From an uncultured cyanobacterium (GTDB lineage Bacteria > Cyanobacteriota > Cyanobacteriia > Cyanobacteriales > Cyanobacteriaceae): a stretch of DNA of 64,000 bases. Below the pieces are notes generated by a model. The model was not told the origin of the DNA. It saw nothing but the letters and a program-made list of their open reading frames with translations, and searched no databases. The position numbers and the translations under genes are program-made. Position 1 is the stretch's first letter. Each line of letters starts with the position of its first letter. Below, in pieces: positions 33,885 through 45,745 of this stretch. The stretch is from NCBI GenBank assembly GCA_963710605.1, contig CAVQBA010000004.1, forward strand, positions 992,001-1,056,000. Direction: 5' to 3'.

Positions 33885-34802
33885 TTATGATTCATCAATC
33901 ATTCTAATTGCTTCTTTAAGACTAAAAATCATTCGGTTGAGAGATTTAGCTAATGTACCGATTTCGTCTTTACTTTTATGTTCAAATTGTAGTTGATGTT
34001 GCTCATCAGTAATATCTCCTGTACTGATTTGAGTCGATAAAGTCGCCATTTTTTTGATCGGTTGGATAATTGATTTTTTCAAGAATAAATTAGTAAGTAC
34101 GATCGCCATAATAAAAAACAAGGCAACTACTAACAAGACAGTAACCTGTAACCGATGAGCGGCTTGATAAACTTGATTAGCAGGAACAGTCACAACTTGT
34201 GATGCTACAATTTCGTTTAGTTGCCAACCAAAACCATTTTCACTACCATAAGTGTTAATCAAATTACGAGGAGCATTTTCAGGGGTACTATGACATTGTA
34301 AACAACTAGCTTTTTCAATAGCTAACGGTCTAGCAATATAATAAAATTCCTGACCATTATTAGTCCGAAACCCAGTCAACTCCGATAAATCTGAATTTTG
34401 GCGAAATTGTTGAGTTAAATCGGTTTCAAATCGATCGGCTTTATCCCTAAGATTAGTTGGATTAAGAGTAGCTTCTTTATAAAAAAAACTTTCGTAAGCG
34501 GGTTGTTTTCTTAACTCTTCAAAAACTTCTCTAGCAGAATACGCAGGTACAGTTTCAGGAATAAAATTAGTTTCTGTTGCAAGGCGAGAAGCTAATTCGG
34601 GTTGAACTTGATTACTGGTATAATTTCGGACTGAATTCATGGTTTCAATCATTAAAAAGGCTTGATTAGCAACGACTTGCTCAGTTTTAATTTCTAAAAT
34701 ATAAGAAAGAAAAAAACCGCAACTAACCATTGCTAAAATCAAAGTACCGATCAAGATTAAATTAAGTTTGACACCTAATTTTTGATTTTGGAAAATAAAC
34801 AT
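33885..34802 (-). CDS. DUF3365 (Tll0287-like c-type heme) sensor with HAMP domain
   Basis: Two TM helices, YKEATLNPTNLRD, CLQCH heme motif, HAMP DEIGTLA. Confidence 0.85.
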   Translation of the reverse strand: MFIFQNQKLGVKLNLILIGTLILAMVSCGFFLSYILEIKTEQVVANQAFLMIETMNSVRNYTSNQVQPELASRLATETNFIPETVPAYSAREVFEELRKQPAYESFFYKEATLNPTNLRDKADRFETDLTQQFRQNSDLSELTGFRTNNGQEFYYIARPLAIEKASCLQCHSTPENAPRNLINTYGSENGFGWQLNEIVASQVVTVPANQVYQAAHRLQVTVLLVVALFFIMAIVLTNLFLKKSIIQPIKKMATLSTQISTGDITDEQHQLQFEHKSKDEIGTLAKSLNRMIFSLKEAIRMIDES

Positions 34803-35037
34803 AATAGAGAAAAAACGATCGTTTTAAAATTAGATAGATAAAATTGATAATAATTATTACCATAAAATAAAAATCAAGGGCTAGACAATAATTTTTAATA
34901 AGATGGGAAAGTTATCAAAATACAAATTTATTGTATCTATTATTTGAGACTATTTCTCTATTCTACATAACTACCTAAGCGGAAAATAAGAATTAATTAA
35001 AGTTAGTAGATTTGACAGCCAAAACCGTGTTTATTTT

Positions 35038-35748
35038 TTATTGTATATAAGGAGTTATATCTTCTTGACAATCATCAGCTAAATAAGATAAAGAGCGAAA
35101 CCTTAAGCCAACTAGTTGTTCATAAAGAGGATTTAACTTGCACATGGGGGGAATATGAACAATTTTTTTACCAAAAAGAACGACATCTCTTTCAAAAGGA
35201 CATTGAGAAGGCACCATTTTACAAATAAAACGGGCTAATCGAGGATCTTCAACTTCCATCCCATCCAACCATGTTTTAATCGGTTTAAGGGGTTTTATTT
35301 TGGCTACAGTGCTTTTGTCTTCATTTTGTTGGCTACCGATTTGATTAGATAAAGTTTGAGTTTTATCAACAATTTCAGGATTCCATAGGGTTGATTTTAA
35401 GGACTCTAAAGCTTCTATTTTTAATCCTAAAGCTGACTGAAAATCAGTAACCACATCAGACTCAGCTTGGCTATAAACTCCATTAGAAAGAGCCACCATT
35501 ACCGCTGTACGTAAAAAATTTTCTTTGGTTTTATAATCGTCTCCTAGTGCTTTAGCTAATTCTTCTGCTGAGATAATCTCAAGATTACCTAATTGTGTTT
35601 CAGGGATAAGTTCATCTTGGGTTAGATTATTAATTAATTCTTGTTCTTCTTCGTCAAAATGACCATCAGCGTAAGCAATAGTCAATAAACCTCTTAACCA
35701 TGCAGAAATTTGTTGATCTGTGTATTGATGAATGCTTGGACTTGTCAT
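35038..35748 (-). CDS. TerB-like protein with 'Mo-dependent nitrogenase C-terminal' domain
   Basis: AWLRGLLTIAYADGHF; CPFERD..IPPMCKLNPLYEQLVGLRFRSL. Confidence 0.85.
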   Translation of the reverse strand: MTSPSIHQYTDQQISAWLRGLLTIAYADGHFDEEEQELINNLTQDELIPETQLGNLEIISAEELAKALGDDYKTKENFLRTAVMVALSNGVYSQAESDVVTDFQSALGLKIEALESLKSTLWNPEIVDKTQTLSNQIGSQQNEDKSTVAKIKPLKPIKTWLDGMEVEDPRLARFICKMVPSQCPFERDVVLFGKKIVHIPPMCKLNPLYEQLVGLRFRSLSYLADDCQEDITPYIQ

Positions 35749-36173
35749 AAATTAAATCAAAAATCATAAGTTAGTTGGTTACTAGATATTATTTTAACTC
35801 TTGTTTTTACTAGTCAAATATTTTTTTGACTAATTACCGACAAATAAGAAATTAAAGTTTTAGCTTTAACCTGTTTTTTGTAGTGCTATTGTCATTTATT
35901 ATGTAGTTATTACTAAATCGATCGAGATTCAGTTATCGTCATTTCAATGTTTTACCAAGACAGTAATCGTAATATTTCAAATAGAAGTATAAAACCCGCC
36001 GAAGAATGACTAAGTAAGTAAACAAAATTAATTATCTACTTTACTTGCTTTGAACGATCGCACCAAGACAATAAAGCAATAAATATATCTGTGATTTGTT
36101 CTTTAGTAAGTAGCTCGATCTAAAAAAAAAGTTTGTCGTTACCCCTAATGGTGTCTCAAAAACTATTAAGATA

Positions 36174-36193
36174 AGGGCTTAAGCCCTTACTAC
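36174..36193 (-). repeat. GTAG-led REP-like palindrome; related copy at ~49941-49961
   Basis: Minus strand GTAGT-AAGGGCTTAAGCCCTT; the second reads GTAGTAATGACTTTAGTCAT. Confidence 0.55.
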
Positions 36194-36308
36194 GAACTTA
36201 GGCTTTTTGACGCTTAATTAATTGGGGCTACTTAACAGTTTAATCAAAAAAATAAATTTTTTAGTCAAAAGTAAAGTAATCCGTAAGCTTAAAAAGTTTA
36301 GACGGAAT

Positions 36309-36340
36309 AAAAAAAAGGCGAGCATTATTGCCCACCCTTT
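36309..36340 (-). terminator. Intrinsic terminator of groESL
   Basis: GGGTGGGCA-ATAA-TGCTCGCCT hairpin followed by a T-run on the minus strand. Confidence 0.65.
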
Positions 36341-36368
36341 TAATCATCTAATTTAAATTGATTAGTGT

Positions 36369-37995
36369 TTAGTAATCAAAATCACCAGCACCAGCACCAG
36401 CACCAGCTTTATCACTTTCTGGCTGATCAACGATAATACATTCGGTAGTTAATACCATACCAGCGATCGATGCCGCATTTTGAATTGCAGAGCGAGTCAC
36501 TTTAGCAGGATCGACAATACCAGCTTCAAGCATATTTGTGTACTGATTAGTAGAAGCATCAAAACCTGTATTAAAGTCTTTTTCTTTGACTTTTTCAGCT
36601 ACAACAGCACCATTCAAACCAGCATTTTCAGCAATACGTTTTAAAGGAGCGGTTAAAGCACGAGCCACAATTAATGCACCTGTTAATTGCTCAGCAGATA
36701 AATTGCTGTTTGCCCACTCACTTAATTTAGGAGCTAAATGAGCTAAAGTTGTACCACCACCGGGTACGATACCTTCTTCTACCGCCGCTTTAGTTGCGTT
36801 GATAGCATCTTCCAAACGTAGTTTACGATCTTTCATTTCGGTTTCGGTTGCCGCACCTACTTTGATGACTGCTACACCACCAGATAATTTAGCTAAACGC
36901 TCTTGTAATTTTTCTTTGTCGTAAGAAGAGTCACTTTCATCAATCTGACGACGAATTTGTTCGCAACGACTTTGAACTTCTTTATCATTACCTTCAGCTA
37001 CGATCGTGGTAGTATCTTTGGTAATAGTAATACGACGAGCAGAACCTAATTGCTCTACAGTAGTAGTATCTAGTCTTAAACCAGCATCTTCACTGATTAA
37101 TTGTCCGCCTGTTAAAACAGCAATGTCTTCTAACATTTGCTTACGTCTGTCACCAAAACCAGGTGCTTTAACAGCAGTTACATTCAAGACACCACGTAAA
37201 CGGTTAACGACTAAAGTTGCTAAAGCTTCTTTTTCAATATCTTCAGCAATAATCATCAAAGGTTTGCCTTGACGAGCAACTTGTTCTAAAACAGGTACTA
37301 ATTCTTGAACTAAAGTAATTTTTTTGTCGGTGATTAAAACTACAGGCTCTTCTAAGTCACATTCCATGCGTTCAGCATCAGTAACAAAATATGGAGAAAT
37401 GTAACCTTTCTCGAAACGCATCCCTTCGGTGATTTCAAGCTCGGTTTCCATCGACTTACCTTCTTCTAAAGAGATAACGCCTTCTTGCCCTACTTTGTCC
37501 ATTGCCTTAGCAATCATTTCGCCGACTTCGCTATCGTTACCCGCAGAAATTGTTCCGACTTGAGCGATCGCTTTACTGTCGCCTACAGGTTGTGCTTGTT
37601 CAGCAATTTTACCAACTAAATATTCAGTTGCTTTGTCGATGCCACGTTTAAGGGCAATTGGGTTAGCACCTGCGGCTACGTTACGTAAACCTTCTTTGAC
37701 GATCGCATGAGCGAGTACTGTTGCAGTGGTAGTACCATCACCGGCTACGTCATTAGTTTTAGAAGCCGCTTGACGAATTAAAGCTACACCTGTGTTTTCT
37801 ACGTGATCTTCTAATTCGATTTCTTTAGCGATGGTAACACCATCATTAACGATTTGAGGAGCCCCAAACTTTTTCTCTAAAACTACGTTACGTCCTTTAG
37901 CGACCAAGGGTTACGGCTACTGCTTCTGCTAGTAAGTCGATTCCTCTTTCTAAAGCACGACGAGCGTCTTCGTTATAAATAATTAATTTTGCCAT
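36369..37995 (-). CDS. groEL: Chaperonin GroEL (groESL operon copy), +1 frameshift near 37900
   Basis: [18 protein letters not shown] from ATG 37995; TLGPKGR broken by one extra base; DGTTTAT, GGGTTLA, GDFDY end. Confidence 0.95.
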
Positions 37996-38074
37996 AATTG
38001 TCCGTTGTACTAATTGAGATTAATTTTGTAATGAATTGAAAATGAAACGATTAGGAGAATTCAAAATAACTGAA

Positions 38075-38386
38075 TTAGGAAACTACAGCGAGAATGTCTT
38101 TTTCCGAAAGTAAAACGTATTCTTTTCCGTCTAATTTGATGTCTGTACCTGCATATTTAGAGTAAAGTACTTTATCTCCTACTTTTACTTCTACGGGTAC
38201 TTTGTCGCCCTTATCATTGGTTTTACCTTGTCCGACGGTTACTACTTCACCAATTTGAGGCTTTTCTTTCGCATTATCTGGTAAATAAATACCACCTGCT
38301 GTTTTTTCTTCTGCTTCGCTAACCTTAACAAATACTCGATCGCTTAAAGGTGTAACTGTAGATACGTTAATCGAAATTGCCGCCAT
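38075..38386 (-). CDS. groES: Co-chaperonin GroES
   Basis: [25 protein letters not shown]. Confidence 0.97.
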   Translation of the reverse strand: MAAISINVSTVTPLSDRVFVKVSEAEEKTAGGIYLPDNAKEKPQIGEVVTVGQGKTNDKGDKVPVEVKVGDKVLYSKYAGTDIKLDGKEYVLLSEKDILAVVS

Positions 38387-38444
38387 AATTTATATACTCC
38401 AAATTTAGTTTATTTCTCTATTTTCAGGTTTAAGTTTTTTTGTT

Positions 38445-38471
38445 TTAGCACTCTCACCTTCCGAGTGCTAA
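38445..38471. promoter_or_regulatory. CIRCE element (HrcA operator)
   Basis: TTAGCACTC-N9-GAGTGCTAA, perfect consensus. Confidence 0.96.
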
Positions 38472-38510
38472 TTTAACTAAATTTTGTCCCTAATAGCAAC
38501 TAGCCAATTT

Positions 38511-38526
38511 GTACGGGTTTCCGAAC
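38511..38526 (-). promoter_or_regulatory. K-box of cyanobacterial groESL
   Basis: Minus strand GTTCGG-AAAC-CCGTAC matches GTTCGG-NNAN-CCNNAC. Confidence 0.85.
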
Positions 38527-38987
38527 GCACTGTCTTTTATTAATTATTAATTATCTAAATAAGTGATTGTTGATCGTTAAATCTTAACTGTTCGATCAAT
38601 CGATCGTTTTTTTAATTAATATGTTTAATTAATATGTTTAAGTATTTTTACTATTAGAATATTAGTATTACAATTTGCTAAATATAACTTAATAAAAATT
38701 AATATTTAAACATTTATCTGTTGAAAAAGTCTTTTTTTGAAGCGAAAATATGTGAGTTGAAATATCTAAAGTATTCTATATGTAACGATTTAAGCTGATG
38801 AGTAGTGCGTACATTCTTCTTTTTGCTTTAGTAATAGCTAATACTAATTAATGATAAATATTAGAAATATAACTTATATCTTATTAATAAAAGTTAACAG
38901 TAATTTAGGTAAAAACCACGTTTACGTTAAAATGTCCTTAATTATAAAATATAAATAGATAAGATAAAAAACGAAGAGAGTAATAAC

Positions 38988-39167
38988 ATGAAATTTTGTT
39001 TAAAATGCAAAGGCACAGGAAGAATTCTTGAACAAAGATTATCAGACTATGCGAATTCCTTTGATTATTATCCTGCACCATGTCCTGATTGTGTTAAACC
39101 CGCAGTATCATCGGCAGTAAAAACAGTTAATCAAGAGACTTCTCGGTATCGTATAACTTATCGATAA
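38988..39167 (+). CDS. 59-aa putative zinc-ribbon microprotein (not in ORF track)
   Basis: MKFCLKCKGTGRIL...PAPCPDCVK: CxxCxGxG plus CPxC; purine-rich GAAGAGAG upstream; GC higher than flanks. Confidence 0.6.
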   Translation: MKFCLKCKGTGRILEQRLSDYANSFDYYPAPCPDCVKPAVSSAVKTVNQETSRYRITYR

Positions 39168-39529
39168 CGGTAAGCTGACAGCGAATTAATGATATTTAAT
39201 AACAATGCTCAATATTAAATAATTGAGACAGCGGTAAAGTTAGTTTAGTTTTTTTTTGAATAAGTTAACGCCAATTAACCTATTGAATTAATAAAAGCAT
39301 AATCCAAGATACTTTTATTTTTAAGCGAAACAAACTGTTTTGATTTAAGTTATTTTTATTAAAACTAAAAAATGTGTAGATCTTGTGGAGATAAATATAT
39401 ACTCAACAAGATCTAATTAAATTTATCGATAAATACAGATTTACATCAACAGTTAAGATTAAATTTCTCTATCTCTTTACCGAGAAACAAGGATTTAGAA
39501 GTTTTAATTTCGATCGTGTCAAACCTAAA

Positions 39530-42511
39530 TTAAGGTTCTGTACTTGGAGTGTCTGTTTCTAAACTAGGAATAATCGTATTGTCTAAAGAACGAATAATCG
39601 CTGAATTTTCTTCAGTTTGAGCAGGAGTAAATATATTGTTAAGAGCTTTTTCTAATGTTTCATCCATGACGATTTGGTTTTCGTAAACGACAATAACTCT
39701 GGCTAAAGTAGGAACACTATTTTTTTCAGCTTCTATATATAAAGGTTCGACATATAATAAAGATTCCTCGATCGGGATAATCAGTAAATGTCCTTGAATT
39801 ACTTTTGAACCTTGACGATTCCATAAGGAAATTTGTCCAGAAATAGCTGGCTCTTGGTTAATCAGTGCTTCAATTTGATCAGGTCCAAAAATTAGTTTTT
39901 GTTTAGGAAATTGATACAATAATAATTTACCGTAGTTTTCGCCATCACAACGGGCGGCTAACCAAGCGATTAGGTTAGGACGAGATATGGGTGTATAAGG
40001 ATGTAGTAAAATAAATTCTTCTTTTTGCCCGATCGGTAACTTCATAATCAAATAATATGGTTGTACTGACCTAACTTCATTTGCATAAATTTCTCCAGGT
40101 ACATTCCATTGATCTTCTCTGTTGTAAAATACTTGAGCATCAGTCATATGATAGCTAAGGAGTCTTTCTGACTGAGTACTAAATAAATCGATCGGGTAAC
40201 GAATATGTTCACGAATACTCGGAGGCATATCATCTAGTTTTTGAAACAAATTAGGAAATATTTTTTGCCAAACTTTGATGATTGGATCATCTTCATCACT
40301 AACGTAAAATTTGACATCGCCATTTTCGGCGTTGATTACAACCTTGACGGAGTTACGAATATAATTAAATTGGTTTTCGCCACCGTCAGAATAAGGATAA
40401 TAGTTCGAGATGGTATAACTATCGATTAACCAATACAGGTGATCTAAAGGATCTTCTTCTCCTTTGGCAACGACAAGATAAGGATCTCGATCGTAAGAAA
40501 GAAAAGGAGCGATCGCACTTAAACGAGTAGTAAGATCTCGACGAAACAAAATGCGTGTTTCAGGAGTTACGTTATTAGTCAATAACATCCGCCAATCTTT
40601 GAGATAAACAGAAAATAACAATTTATCCCAAAAAGAGGCAATATTAACACCCCCCGTACCATCATAAGTAGTATAAGTATTATCCTGTCCGCTAGGAAAA
40701 TCAAATTCAGGTACACTAGTGTTCGTCATCACATAATCAGTAGTAACTTCGCCATAATAAATACGAGGGCGATAAATAGGAATACTTGCTCTAACTTCTT
40801 CTGAAGAAGTATTTAATGCACCCGGATCACTTTCTGTACCAATATCTTGGATAAAATAATAAGGTAAACCACCTTCTGCAACCCGATTAACAGGAGACAT
40901 GGTAAATCCATAACCGTGGGTATATACTAAATGTTGGTTTACCCATGTTTGAGCTTGTTCGGGTAACAGTTTAGCGTCTAATTCTCTAGGAGAGATAATT
41001 ACCTGTTTACTTTCTCCTGAAGAAGAATTTTTTTGGATATTATAACGATCGATATCTGCATCATAAAAAACGTAATAAGGACGAATCTGTTGTAGTTGTC
41101 TATTAGTTTTTAAAATCGGTAAGGTATCCCACAGACGAATATTGTTGATAGTGAGATTGTTTCTTTCAATGTCTTCGGCGGTTAGATTACCTTCAGGATT
41201 AAAGGTTTGTACTTCGATTTTGTCTAGGTTGAAAGCGGCTCTGGTGGCATCAATGTTATTGTTGATATAAGGCTCTTCTAACGCTAATTCATTCGGTTGT
41301 ACGATTGTATTTTGAACTAATTGAGCGAGTAACAACCCCGTACCATAAAAGCTAAAATACAAAATTACAGGAAACATCGAAAGTGTAACTAAACGAAATT
41401 TTTTATTTTTAAGTGAAATACGGTTATCTTGCCCCGCACCTGTCAAACATTTAAATAACAACCAAATAGATAATCCTAAAGCAAAAATACTTGCACCTGT
41501 TTCTCTAGGTAGATTAATATTCATATCAGTATAAGCCGCACCGTGAACTACACCATCAACTGATAAAAGTAAAACGTAACGATTTAACCAGTGAATGAGA
41601 GCTAAAACGAGCATCAAACCGCTACCGATACCATAGAGATGTCTTAACTCAAAACGATCGAAACCTCTAAATTTACCATCAGAAACACTGTTGTGAGCTA
41701 ATAAATATTTGATTGTAACTGTAGCTAAACAAATAATTAGTAAACTTTCAAGCCAAAGACTAATTAATTGTAAAAAAGGTAATTGAAAAATATAAAAACC
41801 TAAATCATGACCAAAAATTGGTTCTTTTTCACCAAAAGAAATACTATTAAAAAAATGTAAAAAACGAAACCAGTATTGAGCCGAAATCAATGCCATTAAA
41901 AAGCTATAGTAAAAACAAATTACACCAATAAAAATATTAGTTTTAGCTAATAAAACTACTGTAATGACGATCGCTAAAACTACCACTTGCCAAATCGGTA
42001 AATCTAATACAGTTTCTAAACGAGGAATAACATTTAATAAAAAAGGAAAAGAAGAAATTGGTTTTAAATTAGGTAGTTCTAATCCAATATTAGATAAGGC
42101 AATAAAAATATCAGTAAAATAAAATAGCGTTGAGCTAATCAAGACAACAAAACTAAAAATAATTAATAATAAAGAATAAAGTTTCAAAGGCGGTGATTGC
42201 CCTCTAAAACTTGCACCTTGCCGAATTAAAACATTTTGTTTAGTAATTTGTTGCTCAGCTAGTTTTAAATTTAACCCTAAACAAATAGCTGAAATAACTA
42301 AAATAAATAAACCTAAACATAGTTTAGTAAATACTTGAGTTGTAAAAGCAGATAAGTAACCTACTTCTTGATACCAAAGAATGTTCGCCGTAATTTTACT
42401 AATGCAAATAATGGCAATATAGGCAAGCAAAATAGTCATCAAAAAGATAAGAATAAAGTTATGACGCTTTTTATCCTGAAATTTTGATAGTTTTTTGGTA
42501 GGATTAATCAT
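39530..42511 (-). CDS. UPF0182 family membrane protein
   Basis: N-terminal TM helices; NIRLWD, HLVYTHGYG, NYIRNSVK, FYNREDQW, LLYVEPLY. Confidence 0.93.
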   Translation of the reverse strand: MINPTKKLSKFQDKKRHNFILIFLMTILLAYIAIICISKITANILWYQEVGYLSAFTTQVFTKLCLGLFILVISAICLGLNLKLAEQQITKQNVLIRQGASFRGQSPPLKLYSLLLIIFSFVVLISSTLFYFTDIFIALSNIGLELPNLKPISSFPFLLNVIPRLETVLDLPIWQVVVLAIVITVVLLAKTNIFIGVICFYYSFLMALISAQYWFRFLHFFNSISFGEKEPIFGHDLGFYIFQLPFLQLISLWLESLLIICLATVTIKYLLAHNSVSDGKFRGFDRFELRHLYGIGSGLMLVLALIHWLNRYVLLLSVDGVVHGAAYTDMNINLPRETGASIFALGLSIWLLFKCLTGAGQDNRISLKNKKFRLVTLSMFPVILYFSFYGTGLLLAQLVQNTIVQPNELALEEPYINNNIDATRAAFNLDKIEVQTFNPEGNLTAEDIERNNLTINNIRLWDTLPILKTNRQLQQIRPYYVFYDADIDRYNIQKNSSSGESKQVIISPRELDAKLLPEQAQTWVNQHLVYTHGYGFTMSPVNRVAEGGLPYYFIQDIGTESDPGALNTSSEEVRASIPIYRPRIYYGEVTTDYVMTNTSVPEFDFPSGQDNTYTTYDGTGGVNIASFWDKLLFSVYLKDWRMLLTNNVTPETRILFRRDLTTRLSAIAPFLSYDRDPYLVVAKGEEDPLDHLYWLIDSYTISNYYPYSDGGENQFNYIRNSVKVVINAENGDVKFYVSDEDDPIIKVWQKIFPNLFQKLDDMPPSIREHIRYPIDLFSTQSERLLSYHMTDAQVFYNREDQWNVPGEIYANEVRSVQPYYLIMKLPIGQKEEFILLHPYTPISRPNLIAWLAARCDGENYGKLLLYQFPKQKLIFGPDQIEALINQEPAISGQISLWNRQGSKVIQGHLLIIPIEESLLYVEPLYIEAEKNSVPTLARVIVVYENQIVMDETLEKALNNIFTPAQTEENSAIIRSLDNTIIPSLETDTPSTEP

Positions 42512-43017
42512 TTAATAACAACGTGAAAAGTATCCGATTAAAAGAAATAGTTAAAAAAATTGCAAATACCTCAATACATATAGCTGATTATTTAATATCA
42601 AATTGGTTGCTGATATTCTTGGCTAATTTAGAACGTAATGATTATCTTGAAAAAAATTTGTTGATTGCAATTGATTATCTAATTATATGATATTAAGATA
42701 AGTCAGTAGCGAATATTTTCCTGATAGACGATCGTGGTTATAAAATTTGCTTAGCAAAAAGTGTATCTTAAAAATAAAGTACCTAATTTAACCACCAAAG
42801 AATGTAAATAATTGAGAATAGAGATACATCTAGCGTTGTAGCTATTTTAAATAAATATGAACGAAAAACCAACGAATAATGATGGTTAAAGTCAATAATT
42901 TCTCTTAACTATTAAGTAAAATCACAAGAGTTTGTTTGTCTTGAAATAAGTATATAGCAATTATCACCATTATGAAGGACAAAAAGATCCCCCACTCATC
43001 CCCCTCTATCCCCCTTG

Positions 43018-43078
43018 CCACGGGGCTTACAAGCACAGCCAAATCAATTCAGGTGACAGCCCCTCCCCTTCGTAAGGG
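43018..43078 (+). repeat. Dispersed ~60-bp repeat; inverted copy at 62416-62475
   Basis: CCACGGGGCTTACAAGCA..TCAATTCAG.TGACAGCCCCTCC shared; sits in a CCCCTT..AAGGGG palindromic context. Confidence 0.75.
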
Positions 43079-43563
43079 GGAAGATAAGCAGATGCTTCGC
43101 TTTTATGTCTGGGGACTTGAAAATAATTAATGTACCTCATAATTATGGGAAACGCTATAATAATCAAAAAATCAAATTTAGCTAAACAACCTAAAATTGT
43201 TAAGATTAGTTAAGAAGTTATTTTATCTATAGTTTACAGAGGTTTGATTAGAAAAATCAATTTTAGCTAGAACAAATTAATTTTCTGCTTAAAAATACTT
43301 AAATAAATATCCCTAAAATAAGTAAAATAGTTTTGTTGATACTTACAGATTAAAAAAAGTTTGATAGCTTTTAGATAATAATAAATATAAAAAATAGTCT
43401 ATTATATAAAAATATAATTAATCATAAAAAAATAGTTAATCTATAATTTACCTAAAGTAAATATATGAGTTAATAGTTTTAGATTTTCTGCATAGATTGA
43501 AAAAATATTTTTTTTATTGATAAATATCTTCAGCACTCATAATATTAACCTTATATTTAACCA

Positions 43564-45123
43564 ATGTTTAAATCATTATCCGACGTAGTTAAATCATTCG
43601 GAAATGGCTCAAGTCAGACTCTTGCCAACCGTTATCTAATTATTAATCAAATAGGTAAAGGGGCGATGGGAGAAGTTTATAAAGCAATCGATAAACAATC
43701 TGGAGATTCTATAGTTGCAGTTAAATTTCTTTCTCAAGCATTAATCAAAGATAAAATGCTTAAAAGGTTTGAAAATGAAGCGAAGATAAGTGCTTTACTA
43801 GGAGAACAAAGTAATCATATTATCAAAGTCAAAGACTATGGAATCATTGACCAGACTATACCTTATTATGTGATGGAGTATTTAGAAGGAGATGATTTAG
43901 ATCATTTAATTAAATATAAAGCAATTTCGATCGCTAAATTTTTATATTTAACTCGTCAGATTTGTTTAGGATTAGAATGTGCACACAATGGTATTTTAGT
44001 CAATGGAGAATTAGCAACAATTATTCATCGAGATATTAAACCCAGTAATATTTTTTTAGCCCAAGACAAAAATAAGCAAATAATTTGTAAAGTATTAGAT
44101 TTTGGTATTGCTCAAGTAAACGATTCTGAGCAAGGAGAATCTCAGCACAAGTTTATGGGTACACCTGAATATTGTTCTCCTGAGCAAATGGCAGAAGATG
44201 AATTAAAACCGACTTCAGATATTTACAGTTTAGGGGTAATGATGTACGAAATGTTAGCCCAAAAAACGCCGATAACCGCCGATAATAAAAGTTTTCAAGC
44301 ATGGTTTCGAGCTCATAATGAAGCAATGCCTAAATCGTTACCTACTTATCTTAATTTACCTCGTCAGTTAGAAAATTTGATCATGAGATGTTTAGCTAAA
44401 TCTCCTCAAGATAGACCTCAAAATATCCAAGAAATTTTACAAATTATTACCCCTTTAGAAAGAGAATATAATAATCCGAAAAAAGCACAATCTAAAGCGA
44501 TTAAAGAAAAGTCTTTACCCTCAAATCAAAGTTCTACTCTTGATGAAAAAAAAATGGAGAAAGAAGTAGATTCAATTTCTTTATATCAAATATATATGCA
44601 AAGTAGTTGGCCAGAAGATAAACCACAACAAAAGATTGTTTTTCCTAGTTTAACAAATGCAAAAGAAGGTAATTTTTCTAGTTTATGGACAATGCTTGAA
44701 TCTAAAGAAATCAATATTTTTCAGCCACAATCAACATTTTGCTTTAATTATTTTTTATTTCAACTTAAACCACATCCGATGATTTTGTGGATTAATTTAC
44801 TTTATCAACGTAATTATAAGCCTAAGTGGCTAGCTTGTTATCTCGATTTAAAAACAGAAATTGGTTATCAAATAAGTAATAATTTGGTTTCCACACCTTT
44901 GTATTATATTCTTTTATTTGAGTTGGCAAAACCCGATAAATACAAGACTATGTTAATGACAGAAATTAGCCAAGAAAAGATTAATCAAATTGAAAATTTT
45001 ATTTTAAAAAGTGCTTCTGTCTCTGGGGCAAATAAAGTACAAGAAAGTAAATCTGCTCTTCAAAAACAATTTTTGACAATTAAAGATAAAATAATTTCAG
45101 CGATCGAAAAATCTCGTCTTTAG
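43564..45123 (+). CDS. Hanks-type Ser/Thr protein kinase (SpkA-like)
   Basis: GKGAMGEVY, VAVK, HRDIKPSN, DFG, GTPEYCSPE; C-terminal WPEDKPQQKIVFP domain. Confidence 0.9.
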   Translation: MFKSLSDVVKSFGNGSSQTLANRYLIINQIGKGAMGEVYKAIDKQSGDSIVAVKFLSQALIKDKMLKRFENEAKISALLGEQSNHIIKVKDYGIIDQTIPYYVMEYLEGDDLDHLIKYKAISIAKFLYLTRQICLGLECAHNGILVNGELATIIHRDIKPSNIFLAQDKNKQIICKVLDFGIAQVNDSEQGESQHKFMGTPEYCSPEQMAEDELKPTSDIYSLGVMMYEMLAQKTPITADNKSFQAWFRAHNEAMPKSLPTYLNLPRQLENLIMRCLAKSPQDRPQNIQEILQIITPLEREYNNPKKAQSKAIKEKSLPSNQSSTLDEKKMEKEVDSISLYQIYMQSSWPEDKPQQKIVFPSLTNAKEGNFSSLWTMLESKEINIFQPQSTFCFNYFLFQLKPHPMILWINLLYQRNYKPKWLACYLDLKTEIGYQISNNLVSTPLYYILLFELAKPDKYKTMLMTEISQEKINQIENFILKSASVSGANKVQESKSALQKQFLTIKDKIISAIEKSRL

Positions 45124-45745
45124 TAAGTATTAATAAGTGATTATTAATTTAGTTTAAAAATAACCATTCGATATTTACTTGAAAATCAAAAAATAATAAT
45201 TGGATTAGCAAATAATGATTAATTTATTAATGCTAAATAGTTGACTCTCGATTAATTAACTCATCGCTCAAATGTTGAAGATAATCATTTATGATAGATA
45301 AATAGTAATAATTTTATTGTCACTCTTTGCCTTGTATTTGTTTTGTTAATGAGCCTAAATTATGATGAGATTCAAAAATCGATCGAACACATCCTCAAAT
45401 AAACTCGGTGAAAAAAGAGAGAATATTTAAAATACAATAGAGGTTTGATTAATTAATCTCAATTTGCGATAACCTAACTGAGTAACTAATGATAAACCCT
45501 TAATCAATTGACCGAAAAACTAACTTAAGCAAATAACTGTTTGAATTTGATTTATATTAGTCAAGTTAACTAACTACAAATTTATATTTATAGTTTCAGA
45601 CAAGGCGAATACGTTTTGAAGCTTAAAAACGAGATTTGAAACCAGATTTATTTGTTTAAACAAACTTTATTTCTAGCGATTATTTTTTTGCTCTTTAAAA
45701 GAAAAAGAGCTGACATTATTTAATTATTTATTTTATATACCAAAG

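Noticed and set aside
40630-40643. 14-nt match of spacer 1 (AAAAAGAGGCAATA) in the UPF0182 gene
   Set aside because: Low complexity, first spacer bases mismatch, no GTN PAM; likely chance.
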